Shown in pieces: positions 38,070 to 47,714 of a stretch of 54,104 bases of DNA (the stretch's first letter is position 1; every line of letters begins with the position of its first letter). Origin of the DNA: Planctomycetia bacterium (lineage in GTDB: Bacteria; Planctomycetota; Planctomycetia; Pirellulales; UBA1268). Made by a program: the position numbers and the translations under genes. The notes beneath the pieces were generated by a model, which did no database searches, was not told the DNA's origin, and was given only the letters and a program-made list of their open reading frames with translations. The stretch lies in assembly GCA_009924545.1 (NCBI GenBank), contig RFRL01000002.1, positions 1 to 54,104 of the forward strand. Reading direction: 5' to 3'.

Positions 38070-38390
38070 CTACGCGCCGGTGGCGATGGCGCGACCCACC
38101 GGTGGTTTGCGGGGAGACGCGGGCCACGGCGGGGCCTTGCCCGCGGGGCGCTCGAGCGGCTGGGGCTGCACATCCTCGATGAAGCGCAGACGCACGCCGA
38201 GGGCCCGGTCGTAGCGGGCCGTCAACGCGGCGGCGTGGGGCTCGCGTGTGCCCGCCTCCTGGGCATGCGCGGCAGCCGAGGCCAAGTCGCCCGGGCCGAG
38301 GAAGCCGCGCTCCGGCGACCAGACGAACTCCGCCACCAGGTTGTCGGCGTGCACGATCCAGGCGAGGCGGTCGAATCCCACGGCGATCAC
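38070..38390 (-). CDS. Hypothetical protein (coding-like ORF with a GTG start and no recognisable family)
   Basis: GC3 is very high across the ORF. It is in the same frame as DUF1501, and that frame stays open from the DUF1501 TGA onward. No SD or ATG. Confidence 0.3.
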   Translation of the reverse strand: MIAVGFDRLAWIVHADNLVAEFVWSPERGFLGPGDLASAAAHAQEAGTREPHAAALTARYDRALGVRLRFIEDVQPQPLERPAGKAPPWPASPRKPPVGRAIATGA

Positions 38391-38498
38391 CCGCGGGGCG
38401 TAGCCGGTCTGTCGTTGCCACTCGGGGAAAAACTGCCATCCCGCACGGCGCGGTTGCCCACTCGTGCGGAACCCGCAGATGCCCCCACGGCTCCCGTC

Positions 38499-39890
38499 TC
38501 ACGCCAGGACATCGTGGACGACCGTGCCATGGACGTCGGTGAGGCGGTAATCGCGGCCGGCGTGGCGGTAGGTGAGACACTCGTGGTCGAAGCCGAGGAG
38601 ATGGAGGATCGTGGCGTGGAGGTCGTGGGTGTGGACCGGCTTCTCCACCGCCCGCAGGCCGTGTTCGTCGGTGGCCCCGTGGACGATGCCTCCCTTCGTG
38701 CCGCCGCCGGCGAGCCACGACGAGAAGGCCCATGGATGGTGCTCGCGCCCCTTGGCGTCGGCGGTGTTGTTGAACGGCGTACGGCCGAACTCCGTGGTCC
38801 ACACGACGAGCGTCTCGTCGAGCATCCCCCGCGCTTTGAGATCGGCCAGGAGGGCGCCGATCGGTCGATCGACGTTCCTGGCGAGGCCGACGTGCGACAG
38901 CATGTCGCCGTGGGCGTCCCAGTTGTTGCTCGAGCCGGTGTCGATCAACTCCACGAAGCGCACGCCGCGCTCGACGAGCCGGCGGGCGGCGAGGCACTGC
39001 CAGCCGAATCCGGTCGTCTGCCCCGGCTGGAGGCCGTAGGCCGCGAGCGTGGCGGCCGATTCCCCCGTGAAGTCGAAGGCCTCGGGGACGGCCATCTGCA
39101 TCCCGAAGGCGGTCTCGAAGGAACGCAGGCGCGTGGCCAGGTCGGCGGCGCCGGCCCGGGCGGCGCGGTGCTCCTCGTTGGCGGCCCGGAGGGCGTCGAG
39201 TTCCAACCGCTGCCGATCGGCCGGCACCCGCGGGGCGACGTTGGCCACCGGTTCGGCGCCCGGCACGACGAGCGTTCCCTGGTGGACGCCGGGGAGGAAG
39301 TCGGCGGCGTAGACCTGCGTCCCGGCGTAGGTCTGCTGCGGCGCTATGACGACGAACGAGGGCAGGTTGCGGTTGAACGTGCCCAGGCCGTAGCTCACCC
39401 ACGAGCCGATGCTCGGACGGGAGAAGGCGAACGACCCGGTGTGCATCCCCAGCGTGGCGTTGTAGTGGTTGGAATGCGACGTGTGCATCGAGCGGATCAT
39501 GGCGATGTCGTCGACGTGGGCGGCGACGTGCGGGAAGAGCGTGCTCACCTCGGTGCCGCAGTCGCCATGGGGGGCGAAGTCCCACTGCGGCCGCTTGAGG
39601 AAGATCCGCTCGTAACCGGGCCGGTCCTTGATCTCGGGATGGTCGGCCTTGATCTCCTTGCCGTGGTCGCGGTGGAGGGCCGGCTTGGGGTCGAAGGTGT
39701 CGACGTGGGAGACGCCACCGGTCATGAACAGGAAGATCACCTGCTTCGCCTTCTCCACTGCCGGCGGCAGCCGTGGCGCGAGCGGATCGGCGCCGGGGGG
39801 CGTGCCGTCGGCGCGGAGGAGATCGGCCACGATCCCCTCCATGAGGAGCGAGCCGGCGACGGCGGAGCGGAGGAGGTGGCGGCGGTGCAT
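38499..39890 (-). CDS. DUF1501 (sulfatase-fold) protein
   Basis: Tat-like start MHRRHLLRSAVAGSLL. Hallmark VIFLFMTGGVSHVDTFDPKP. 463 aa. It is the canonical partner immediately downstream of a DUF1549/DUF1553 gene. Confidence 0.9.
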   Translation of the reverse strand: MHRRHLLRSAVAGSLLMEGIVADLLRADGTPPGADPLAPRLPPAVEKAKQVIFLFMTGGVSHVDTFDPKPALHRDHGKEIKADHPEIKDRPGYERIFLKRPQWDFAPHGDCGTEVSTLFPHVAAHVDDIAMIRSMHTSHSNHYNATLGMHTGSFAFSRPSIGSWVSYGLGTFNRNLPSFVVIAPQQTYAGTQVYAADFLPGVHQGTLVVPGAEPVANVAPRVPADRQRLELDALRAANEEHRAARAGAADLATRLRSFETAFGMQMAVPEAFDFTGESAATLAAYGLQPGQTTGFGWQCLAARRLVERGVRFVELIDTGSSNNWDAHGDMLSHVGLARNVDRPIGALLADLKARGMLDETLVVWTTEFGRTPFNNTADAKGREHHPWAFSSWLAGGGTKGGIVHGATDEHGLRAVEKPVHTHDLHATILHLLGFDHECLTYRHAGRDYRLTDVHGTVVHDVLA

Positions 39891-39961
39891 GCGTGTCGCG
39901 CCGGAGGAGGGTGTCGGGGTGGTCGCGGGGAGGTGGACCGGACGGATGGCCGAGCGCGTGG

Positions 39962-42900
39962 TCAATCGAGATGGAGGAATTCGTTGCCCGCCATGAGGAC
40001 GCGGGCCAGGGCGCTCCACCGTTCCGTCGGGGTGCCCGGGTAGTCGGCGAGGAAACGCAGCGCCCGCACGCATTCGAGCGCACCCGGCTCGCGCTGGAGG
40101 AGGAGCCGGTGGAGGCGGTCGATGCGGCCCTCGTCTCCACCGTCGGTGCCGAGGCGCTCGGCCACGAGCGTGGCCTGGTCGTGGAAAAACGGGTCGTTGA
40201 GGAACCACAAGGCCTGCGTCGGCATCGTCGTCGTCTGCCGGCGGGGGGTGCTGGCGTTGGGGTCGGCGCCGTCGAAGAGGGCCAGGAAGGGGTGCCGCCG
40301 CTGGCGCTGCACCATGAGGTAGGCGCTGCGCCGCGGCGAATCGTAGGCCGCGTTGAACGGTGCGTGCTGGGTGAAGCCCCACGTGTTCTCCGGCGGGAAG
40401 GGATGCCCCTCGGCGGGGGACGGTTCGAGGTTCCCGGAGACGGCGAGGAGGGTGTCGCGGATCTCCTCGGCGGTGAGGCGGCGGGGGGTGAAGCGGGCAC
40501 GGAGTCGGTCGTCGGGATCCCGCTCGAGGGCCGGCGCGTCTCCGGGCAGACTTCCCGCGCGCTGGTAGGCGGCGGAATCCATGACGAGCCGGTGGAGCCC
40601 CTTGAGGCTGCCACCGTCGGCCTCGAACCGCTGCGCGAGCCACTCCAGGAGGGGTGGGTCGGCGCGTCGCCGCGCGAGCCGAAGTCGTTGGGGGTGCGGA
40701 CGATGCCGGCGCCGAAGTGCCACTGCCAGACGCGGTTGACGATCACGCGCGTGGCGAGCGGGCTGGTCGCGACCCACTCGGCCAGTTGGCGCCGGCCACT
40801 GCCGCCGTCGGGTGCCACCGGTTCCCCGCCGAGGATGGCAAGCCAGCGCCGGGCGACGACGGCTCCGGGCTTCTCGGGATCGCCGCGCTGGTGGATGGCG
40901 ACGTCCTGCGGGCGACCCTCGGCGACGGCATAGGCCACCGGCAGGGAAGGCTGTGGCGGGACCGCGGGGAGCGGGGTCGTCTCCAGCTCCCCGAGGGCGA
41001 CGAGCCCCGTCCCCGCGGCCGGGGCGGCGACGTGATCGAGGGAGAACGTCACGCCATCGAGCGCGGCCGGGTGGCCGTCGGCCACGGTGCCGCTTACCAG
41101 GTAGCTCCCGGCGGCGGGGCATACCCAGGCGACCGCCACCGGGCGGTCGGGCGCCGGATGGACGAAGAACGTGTGCCCCGGGAGCGTCGTCCACGCCTGC
41201 ACCGGCTCGGCAGCGGTGTTGGCCAGGGCGCTGGGCAGATCGCCGCGCACCCAGGCGACGAGTTCGGCCTTTCCCTCGACGGCGCTGTTGCGCTCGGCGA
41301 GGAAGGTCGGGCCTCCCGCGGCACGCGGCTCGACGAAGCACCATGCCGCACCCGTCTCGTCCACGTACGGGTTGGCGGACAGCCCCGAGGTGGCCAGCGC
41401 CGCACTCGACCAGCGGCGGCCCCCCATCCCGGGAGCGCCGTGTACCGCGTCGGGTGCCGCCGCACACACAACCTGCAGGTCGACCACCGTCGTGTCGGCT
41501 CCGTGATTGCCACGCGGGCCGACCGTGAGGAGGAGCATCTCCCCCGCCCGCATGTCGACGGCGTGCGGTTCCCCGGTGGCCGTGGCGAGCGCCACCGCCG
41601 CCCCCTCGCCGACGTCGGCCGCTTGGAGCGCACGGGCGTGGACGGCCAACATCGCGGCGAGGGCAACGCGGCGCCCCGCCTCGTCACGTGCCGCCACGGC
41701 CGCGTCGCGGGCGGCGACCGCCGCCTTCCAGGGGGCGAGCGCGGCGTCAGCTTCAGCCGGGGAGAGGAGGGGCACGAGATCGCGCGGCTGCCCCTTGGCC
41801 TCGCAGCCGGGAAAGGCGAACGTGGTGCCGGCAAAGATGCCGTAGAGGGCGTAGTAGTCGTCGGCCGACAGGGGATCGTATTTGTGGTCATGGCAGCGGG
41901 CACAGCCGATGCCGAGCCCGAGGAAGTTCTTCCCCAGGTTGTCGATCACGTCCTCGTGCATGAGGTGCACGTCCTTGTCGATGTCGTGCCCGAAGCGGCG
42001 CGCGATCGCCAGGTAGCCGGAGGCGACAATCCCCTCGCGCCGCGGTCCGTCGTCGGCCCCCGCCCGGAGGATGTCACCGGCGATCTGCAGGCGGACGAAC
42101 TCGTGCCACGGCAGGTCGCGGTTGAAGGCGTCGTAGACCCAGTTGCGGTAGCGCCATGCATGGGGGAGGGGGCGGTCGGTGTTCTCGCCGGCGGTGTCGG
42201 CGTAGCGGACGACGTCGAGCCAGTGCCGGCCCCACTGCACGCCGTGCTGCGGGCTGGTGAGGAGCCGCTCGACCACGGACCGGAAGGCCTCGCGGTCGGG
42301 CGCCCGATCGGTGCAGAAAGCCTCGACCTCCGCGGTGGTCGGCGGCAGCCCGGTAAGGTCGTAGGTGGCGCGGCGGATGAGCGTGCGCCGGTCGGCTGCC
42401 GCTGCCGGCGCGATCCCCTCGGCTGCGAGTCGCGCGTTGAGGAAGCGGTCGATGTCGTTGTGGACGGCAGGACCATGGGCGACCGCCGGCACCGGAACCG
42501 GTGTCAGCGGTTGGAAGGCCCACCATGCCCGCGCCTCGTCGCGGCCCATGCCCCCGATCTTCACGCCGGCCGACCGCGGGTCGGGCGCACCCGACCGCAC
42601 CCATTCCACGAGGGCCCCGATCTCGTCGGCTGAGAGCCGGGGCAGCGGCAGGCCGTTGTGATCCTCCATGGGGGGCATCGGGGTCACCCCCTCGTCGCCA
42701 CGCACCGCGCGGATGAGCAGCGAGGCGGTGGGATCGCCGGGAACGAGCGCCGGGCCGGAGTCGCCCCCCTTCTGCCAGCCCTCGCGGGAATCGAGCGACA
42801 GCCCGCCGGCAGCCTTCGCGCCGGCATGGCAGGCCGCGCACCGCTCGAGGAGCAGCGGCCGCACCTTGGCCTCGAAGTGGTCGATGTCGGCCGCCGCAGC

Positions 42901-43020
42901 CGGCCCGCCACCTGGAGTCGTGAGCCACATGAGGGCCGTGAGCCAGAGGAGGCCGGCGGCGATCAAGCCCCCGGCGCCCCGCCGCCGCCCCGCCCGCAGT
43001 GGAACCGCTGCCGCTGGCAT
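39962..43020 (-). pseudogene. PSCyt1/DUF1549/PSCyt2/DUF1553 (PSD1) protein with an apparent -1 frameshift
   Basis: CAACHAG (PSCyt1), RRATYDLTGLPPT (DUF1549), CARCHDHKYDP (PSCyt2) and NRVWQWHFGAGIVRTPNDFG (DUF1553). After GDAPTHP the family-typical LLEWLAQRF...LHRLVMDSAAYQ continues in another frame (track ORF 39962-41467). The junction is at a G4 run, 40651-40654. Length is 3059 nt, which is 3n-1. Confidence 0.8.
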
Positions 43021-43388
43021 CTGGAAAGCCCCCGGTTCCTCATCGCGTGCGGCCGGCCCGATGGGAGTGTCCCCACCGTGAGCGAAGTCGTCCACGGGAG
43101 ATGATCGCCGGGCATGATTCTACCGCGGCCGTGGCGAGGGCGGTTACCGCAACGGTGAGGCCTGCGATCCGGGGGGGCGAAAGGAGTTGCTGATCGTCGG
43201 CCGCATCCGGATCCGGCGCGGATCTGGGGCGACTTCCCGCTGTGTTGCCCTGCCGCGCGAACCAGCGTATGATCCTGTGGTCGTCGGGGTGCCGCGAGGC
43301 GCGGGCGACGGCCACTCGGGACGGGAAAAATGGGTTGGCCGCCGCGTGTTTCCCATGCGTGGCTCGGGTCGCCCGATGAGGGGTTCCG

Positions 43389-44000
43389 ATGATCCGGCGA
43401 CGAACCAACACGGGCGCAGCGCTTTCCCCCGGGATGAGCGTGCGTCTGGACGGCCGCTCGCGGGGAATTCGGCGCCGTCATTCCGGTGGTCGTGGCGCCT
43501 GGCGCTTGCTCGCCGGGGCGTTGACCATCGGCGTTCTCCTGTCCCCGGGTGCCGGCGGTGCCTGCGCCGGGTGTGGTGAAGACGCTGCTCCGGGCGTCGT
43601 CGTCCCCCAGGCTGCGGGCATCGCCCCCGTCCACGCTGCCGCGGCCGTTGCCCGGGGGCTCCATCGGTGCTGCCGGGCCGAGCCGGCCGGCGTCACCCAG
43701 CCAGTCTCCGCTGCGGCAAGCTGCTGCCAGCCGGTGAGCGAGCCGCAGCCGGCTGCGGATGGCGGCGTGGCCCCCGTCGCGGCCGATCGCTGTGGTTGCC
43801 TGCTGGCGCCCTCCGGCGACAGTCCGGCCATTCCCGTGCGTCCACGGGCCGAAGACCTGCGCGATACTCCGGTGGGGGTCGCCCAGGTTTCCTTCGTGCC
43901 GGCGGTAGGTGTTGGCCCGATCGGCGCGGGGGACGCCGCTGTCGTGCTGCCGGCCCACGCCCGACCGCTCCGGGTGCTCTACGGGGTGTGGCGGAACTGA
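43389..44000 (+). CDS. Hypothetical single-pass membrane protein with four paired-cysteine motifs
   Basis: Arg-rich N-terminus, TM helix WRLLAGALTIGVLL, then CAGC, CC, CC and CGC motifs. GC3 is about 80%. An alternative start exists at 43434. No family recognised. Confidence 0.5.
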   Translation: MIRRRTNTGAALSPGMSVRLDGRSRGIRRRHSGGRGAWRLLAGALTIGVLLSPGAGGACAGCGEDAAPGVVVPQAAGIAPVHAAAAVARGLHRCCRAEPAGVTQPVSAAASCCQPVSEPQPAADGGVAPVAADRCGCLLAPSGDSPAIPVRPRAEDLRDTPVGVAQVSFVPAVGVGPIGAGDAAVVLPAHARPLRVLYGVWRN

Positions 44001-44007
44001 AGCCGGG

Positions 44008-44041
44008 ACCGGAGTCTCCACGCGGCGCGTGGCCCTCCGGT
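44008..44041 (+). terminator. GC-rich bipartite hairpin followed by a T-rich tract (candidate intrinsic terminator/attenuator)
   Basis: ACCGGAG-tct-CCACGC-ggc-GCGTGG-cc-CTCCGGT (44008-44041), followed by gttcgcccggTTTCCTTTCCGTTTC. It starts 8 nt after the upstream stop. Confidence 0.45.
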
Positions 44042-44092
44042 GTTCGCCCGGTTTCCTTTCCGTTTCACATTACTTTCCGAGGAGCATTTCCC

Positions 44093-44347
44093 ATGTCGAC
44101 GTTTTTGCTGTGGGCCGCGATGGCCCTGTCCCCTCTGGCCGGTGGTCAGGCCACCGCCTGCCGGACCTGTGATGCCTGTGCCTGCTGCGGCTGCTGCGAG
44201 AGCGGCACCTGCAACTGCACAGAGTGCCGCTGCTCGTGCTGTGACGCAGGTGCCTGGGCTGCGCAGGGCTGCACCGCCAGCGCTGCGGCGGCACCGCGGC
44301 CGGTGGCGGAGCAGGGTGGGGGCTGCGGCAGTACCTGCTGCCGCTGA
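44093..44347 (+). CDS. Secreted cysteine-rich (metallothionein-like) peptide, 84 aa
   Basis: GAGGAG lies 8 nt upstream of the ATG. Signal-like MSTFLLWAAMALSPLAGGQA. The remaining 64 aa contain 17 Cys: CRTCDACACCGCCESGTCNCTECRCSCC...C...CGSTCC. Confidence 0.6.
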   Translation: MSTFLLWAAMALSPLAGGQATACRTCDACACCGCCESGTCNCTECRCSCCDAGAWAAQGCTASAAAAPRPVAEQGGGCGSTCCR

Positions 44348-44367
44348 CATCGGGCCGGTGACGTGTG

Positions 44368-44401
44368 CCCGGGCAGCCGGCGGGTCTCCGCCGCTCCCGG
44401 G
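44368..44401 (+). terminator. GC hairpin downstream of the Cys-rich peptide gene
   Basis: CCCGGG-cagc-CGGCGG-gtct-CCGCCG-ct-CCCGGG, starting 21 nt after the stop. There is no clear U-tract. Confidence 0.35.
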
Positions 44402-44886
44402 ATGAGGCTCCGGCCGGGCGTCGCTTCCGCGGCGCTCGGCCGGCTGCCGGGCTGCCGGGCCATCGATTCCCCCCGCCCCCGTTTCCTCCGGCAGGCGGAG
44501 TGAATGGCCCCGATTCGGACCTTCTCATGGTGTCGCGGCACGTCTCGACTTATCATGTCGCGAGGGGCGACACCGCCGTCCGCACCGGATCCGCGCCTTT
44601 TGAATCGTGGTTTTCCGCGGGGATTTTGCCGGTCGGTGGCACTCGCCGCCGTGCCCGAAAGAAAAAACGTCCGGTTGTGGGGTCGGCGAACGCCTTCTTG
44701 GGTAAGCGTCCACTCCATCGTGCGCTCCCCTGGCTCCAGCGGGGGGTAACGCGGCTGCGGGCCCGCCAGGGCTCCGCGTTCCGACAGGGACGACGCTCCC
44801 GGCACGGCGGTGGTGGTGTCTCCCCGCCGGAATGGCTTTCGGGGTCCCGGGAACCTTCGTCCGTGAGGACGATCAGGAGAACGTGG

Positions 44887-45921
44887 ATGAAGCGACTTGT
44901 CGTCTGTTGTGATGGCACGTGGCAGTCGGTCGAGAACACCTGTCCCACCAACGTGCTCAAGCTCGCTCAGGCGATCGAGACCAAGGATCTCGACGACAAT
45001 CCGCAGATCGTTTTTTATGACAGCGGCGTGGGGGCGGTGAACGGGATCGGCCGTTACATCGGTGGGGCTTTCGGCACGGGGATCGACGAGAAGATCCAGG
45101 CCGCGTACCGCTTTCTCGCCTCCAACTACGACTCCGGCGACAAGATCTATCTGTTCGGTTTCAGCCGTGGGGCCTACACCGTGCGGTCGCTGGCGGGGCT
45201 GATCTACAAGTGTGGCCTCGTCGAACGGAGGTACCTCCACAAGACCCCCGAAGCCTACGCGCTCTATCGCTTGCGTCGCGAAGGAGGCCAGGAGGTGAAG
45301 CCGGGCAGCTCACGGCCCACGGCTTTTCGGCGGGAATACGGCGACCGGAAACCGATCGCGGCGCTGGGCTGCTGGGACACCGTCGGGTCACGCGGCATTC
45401 CCAATACCGTGCCGGTACTCAGCCGGTGGGTGAACCGGCGGTACGAGTTCTACGACACGACCCTGAATCCAAGCATCGAGCGGGCGTTCCACGCGGTGGC
45501 CATCGACGAGATCCGGGCGCCCTACGACGTGACCCGGATGGACAGACACCACCAAGCCTCCGAGCACCAGGTCACGCAGGTCTGGTTTCCCGGTGAGCAC
45601 AGCTGCGTCGGCGGCGGCGTGCGCGAGACGAGAGGGCTCTCGGACACCACGCTCGATTGGATGATCTCGATGATCGCTCCCCTCGGCCTGAAAATCGATC
45701 GTGAGAAAATCCAGGACGGACTGACCGGAAACATGGCAACACCATTCGACAACCGCCCCAAGAGCTTCTACCGCATGTTGGGCACCACGACACGGGTGAT
45801 CAATGTGGCCCACGATCGGCTCTCGAAGGCCGCGCGCGAGCGGCGGCAGAAGTGTCCCGGATATGACCCCCCGAATTTGGCCGGGATCGATCTAGCTCAG
45901 GCGACGGAGCACGTCGTCTGA
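44887..45921 (+). CDS. DUF2235 alpha/beta-hydrolase (Tle1-like lipase fold)
   Basis: Hallmark N-terminus KRLVVCCDGTWQS. NPQIVFYDSGVG. Nucleophile elbow LFGFSRGAYTVRSLAG. WFPGEHSCVGGG. CAGGAG lies upstream of the ATG at 44887. Confidence 0.8.
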   Translation: MKRLVVCCDGTWQSVENTCPTNVLKLAQAIETKDLDDNPQIVFYDSGVGAVNGIGRYIGGAFGTGIDEKIQAAYRFLASNYDSGDKIYLFGFSRGAYTVRSLAGLIYKCGLVERRYLHKTPEAYALYRLRREGGQEVKPGSSRPTAFRREYGDRKPIAALGCWDTVGSRGIPNTVPVLSRWVNRRYEFYDTTLNPSIERAFHAVAIDEIRAPYDVTRMDRHHQASEHQVTQVWFPGEHSCVGGGVRETRGLSDTTLDWMISMIAPLGLKIDREKIQDGLTGNMATPFDNRPKSFYRMLGTTTRVINVAHDRLSKAARERRQKCPGYDPPNLAGIDLAQATEHVV

Positions 45922-46138
45922 TGACGCCGAGACCTGCCCAGGGCACGTCAAGAAGTGTCGCGTCGGTGTTCAGGCGACCCGTGTCGACGATCCCTTGTCT
46001 CGATCCCTTATGGCGATCCCGTCCTCGTCGTCCTTGAATCCGACGGCAGCGGCGGTGACCGTTTCGAGCGGCTCCAGTCGATGGCGGAGCCGGCGCTGGA
46101 CACACATCCCGAGACAGGCACGCCGGTGTGCCGCGTGA

Positions 46139-47281
46139 TCACCATTCGGGAACCGGCCGCTGCTCGTCGCCACGCGCCGTCAGCACAGCGGCAAACGTCC
46201 ACAGGTCGATCTCGCGGGTCATGAACTTCACCGAACCGTCACAGAGCATCGTATTCATGCCCACCGGGTGAAACGCGTAGGCCTCATTGGCGTTCGTGCC
46301 GTTGACGCCGGTGTCGGCCTTACCGGCGCCGCAGTCGGGGCCGTCGAGGCAGTAGTTGAGCGTCTTGTACACCAAGCCGGCAGCGGTAGCACCGTCGATG
46401 CTAAACGAAGAGTCGGAGTCGGCCCAGCCGACGCCCGAATCATTGATGGCCGTCTGCGGGCTGATGGCACTCGTGTCGTCGGCGCGAAGACGGACACCGG
46501 CCCGGTAGGTGTAGGGACGACCGCCGCACTCGACCACCATCACCGTCTTGCTGAGGCCGTCGGTGATCTGAGCAGCACGGGTGGTGTAGTTCTTCATCAG
46601 AGCCCCGCGGGAGTTGTCACCCTTGGTGGCGTAGGGATCGGTCGTGGTGCTCGTGCCGACGACCTTGTTCTTGATCCCGTTCATGACGTCGTAATCGGTC
46701 TGGCCGAGGGGGCTGGCCACGGTGAACCCCGGCCGCCCGCTCTTGCCGGTCGTGGAATACGACGAGCCGGAATTCGCCCGCATCGGGATGGTGGTGAGCG
46801 CATCGCGCGGTGGCGTCGAAGGGCAGAGGAACGTGGGGATACTCTGCATCGAGATCCACAGGTTGCAGTCGGGCGGAACGCCAAACGCGGGGTCGTTGGC
46901 GAGGCCTCCCTTGCTTGTCGTGTCCCACCAGCTCTTCTTGAAGTTGTATTTCGCGCCCAGCGCCGATTCTTCCAGGTAAGGAAGGATCAACGCCTTGTGT
47001 GAATTCGACGGCAGCGACGGGTCGTTCCCCATTTGACTCGTCTCGTTTTGGTCGTAGAGCGACGCGGGAAAAACCTTGCTGGCGCCCAGATAAAGGTGGA
47101 ACGCGAGCCCGACCTGCCGCATGTTGTTGGCGCACTGGCTGCGCCGAGCGCTCTCCCGAGCCGCCTGCACGGCGGGCAACAGAAGGCCCACGAGCGTGCC
47201 GATGATGGCGATTACGACGAGGAGTTCGACCAGCGTGAAGCCACGCCGGTGGCTCCGCGTAGCGGCTGAGAATGACTGCAT
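46139..47281 (-). CDS. DUF1559 protein with an N-terminal prepilin-type cleavage/methylation motif (H-X9-DG family)
   Basis: [45 protein letters not shown], and near the C-terminus [12 protein letters not shown] (H-X9-DG). Confidence 0.9.
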   Translation of the reverse strand: MQSFSAATRSHRRGFTLVELLVVIAIIGTLVGLLLPAVQAARESARRSQCANNMRQVGLAFHLYLGASKVFPASLYDQNETSQMGNDPSLPSNSHKALILPYLEESALGAKYNFKKSWWDTTSKGGLANDPAFGVPPDCNLWISMQSIPTFLCPSTPPRDALTTIPMRANSGSSYSTTGKSGRPGFTVASPLGQTDYDVMNGIKNKVVGTSTTTDPYATKGDNSRGALMKNYTTRAAQITDGLSKTVMVVECGGRPYTYRAGVRLRADDTSAISPQTAINDSGVGWADSDSSFSIDGATAAGLVYKTLNYCLDGPDCGAGKADTGVNGTNANEAYAFHPVGMNTMLCDGSVKFMTREIDLWTFAAVLTARGDEQRPVPEW

Positions 47282-47598
47282 GACCAGTTCCTACGTAGTT
47301 TCAAACAACTACCTAGCACTGTCTACGGGTGGCACGAGGCGGTGATGAGCGAAAGGTTAGAACTTCGTGAGAATCTCAGGGAGAGGTGTCGGCCATGGAC
47401 GCCTCGTCCCGCGGGCCCGGCGGGCTTGACCGCGGCGTCGGGGCGCACGCGGCTCGTGCTGTGGTCGGCGTGCCCTGTCGTCAGGCTGTCAAAGGTGGCG
47501 TCGGTCTCGCCGCGCCCGCCGGAGGGCGAGTTGCAGAACAGCGGATGCTGCGGCAGCAATGGCAGTGCTGCCACGGCCCGTCCCGCGTCAAAACGTGG

Positions 47599-47630
47599 AC
47601 CTGACCGCGCTTTGACCTGACCGCGCTTTG
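47599..47630. repeat. Perfect 16-bp tandem duplication (acctgaccgcgctttg x2), followed by tttggctggac x2
   Basis: Units at 47599-47614 and 47615-47630. A second short direct repeat occurs at 47627-47637 and 47643-47653. Confidence 0.85.
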
Positions 47631-47714
47631 GCTGGACGGTGTTTTGGCTGGACCGCGGACGCCCGGTTCGACCAAGAACCTGGTTCGGCCGAAACGCTGG
47701 TGCAACAAAGAAAC

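Noticed and set aside
38499-38501. TGA of DUF1501 as selenocysteine or programmed read-through
   Set aside because: The DUF1501 protein is full length with a typical C-terminus. No SECIS-like hairpin was evident, and same-frame continuation has a 1 in 3 chance. It is reported only as an open-frame observation.
37189-43095. 1968-aa ORF
   Set aside because: It is a stop-free run in a high-GC frame that crosses four units: the LuxR regulator, a spacer, the DUF1501 antisense/out-of-frame region, and the PSD gene. Only its two ends show real protein-like sequence.
43245-43273. Sigma70-like promoter TTGCCC-N17-TATGAT upstream of the Cys-motif membrane protein
   Set aside because: It is a single hexamer-pair match in a phylum whose promoter consensus I cannot assume. 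It is mentioned within the finding but not listed as a feature.
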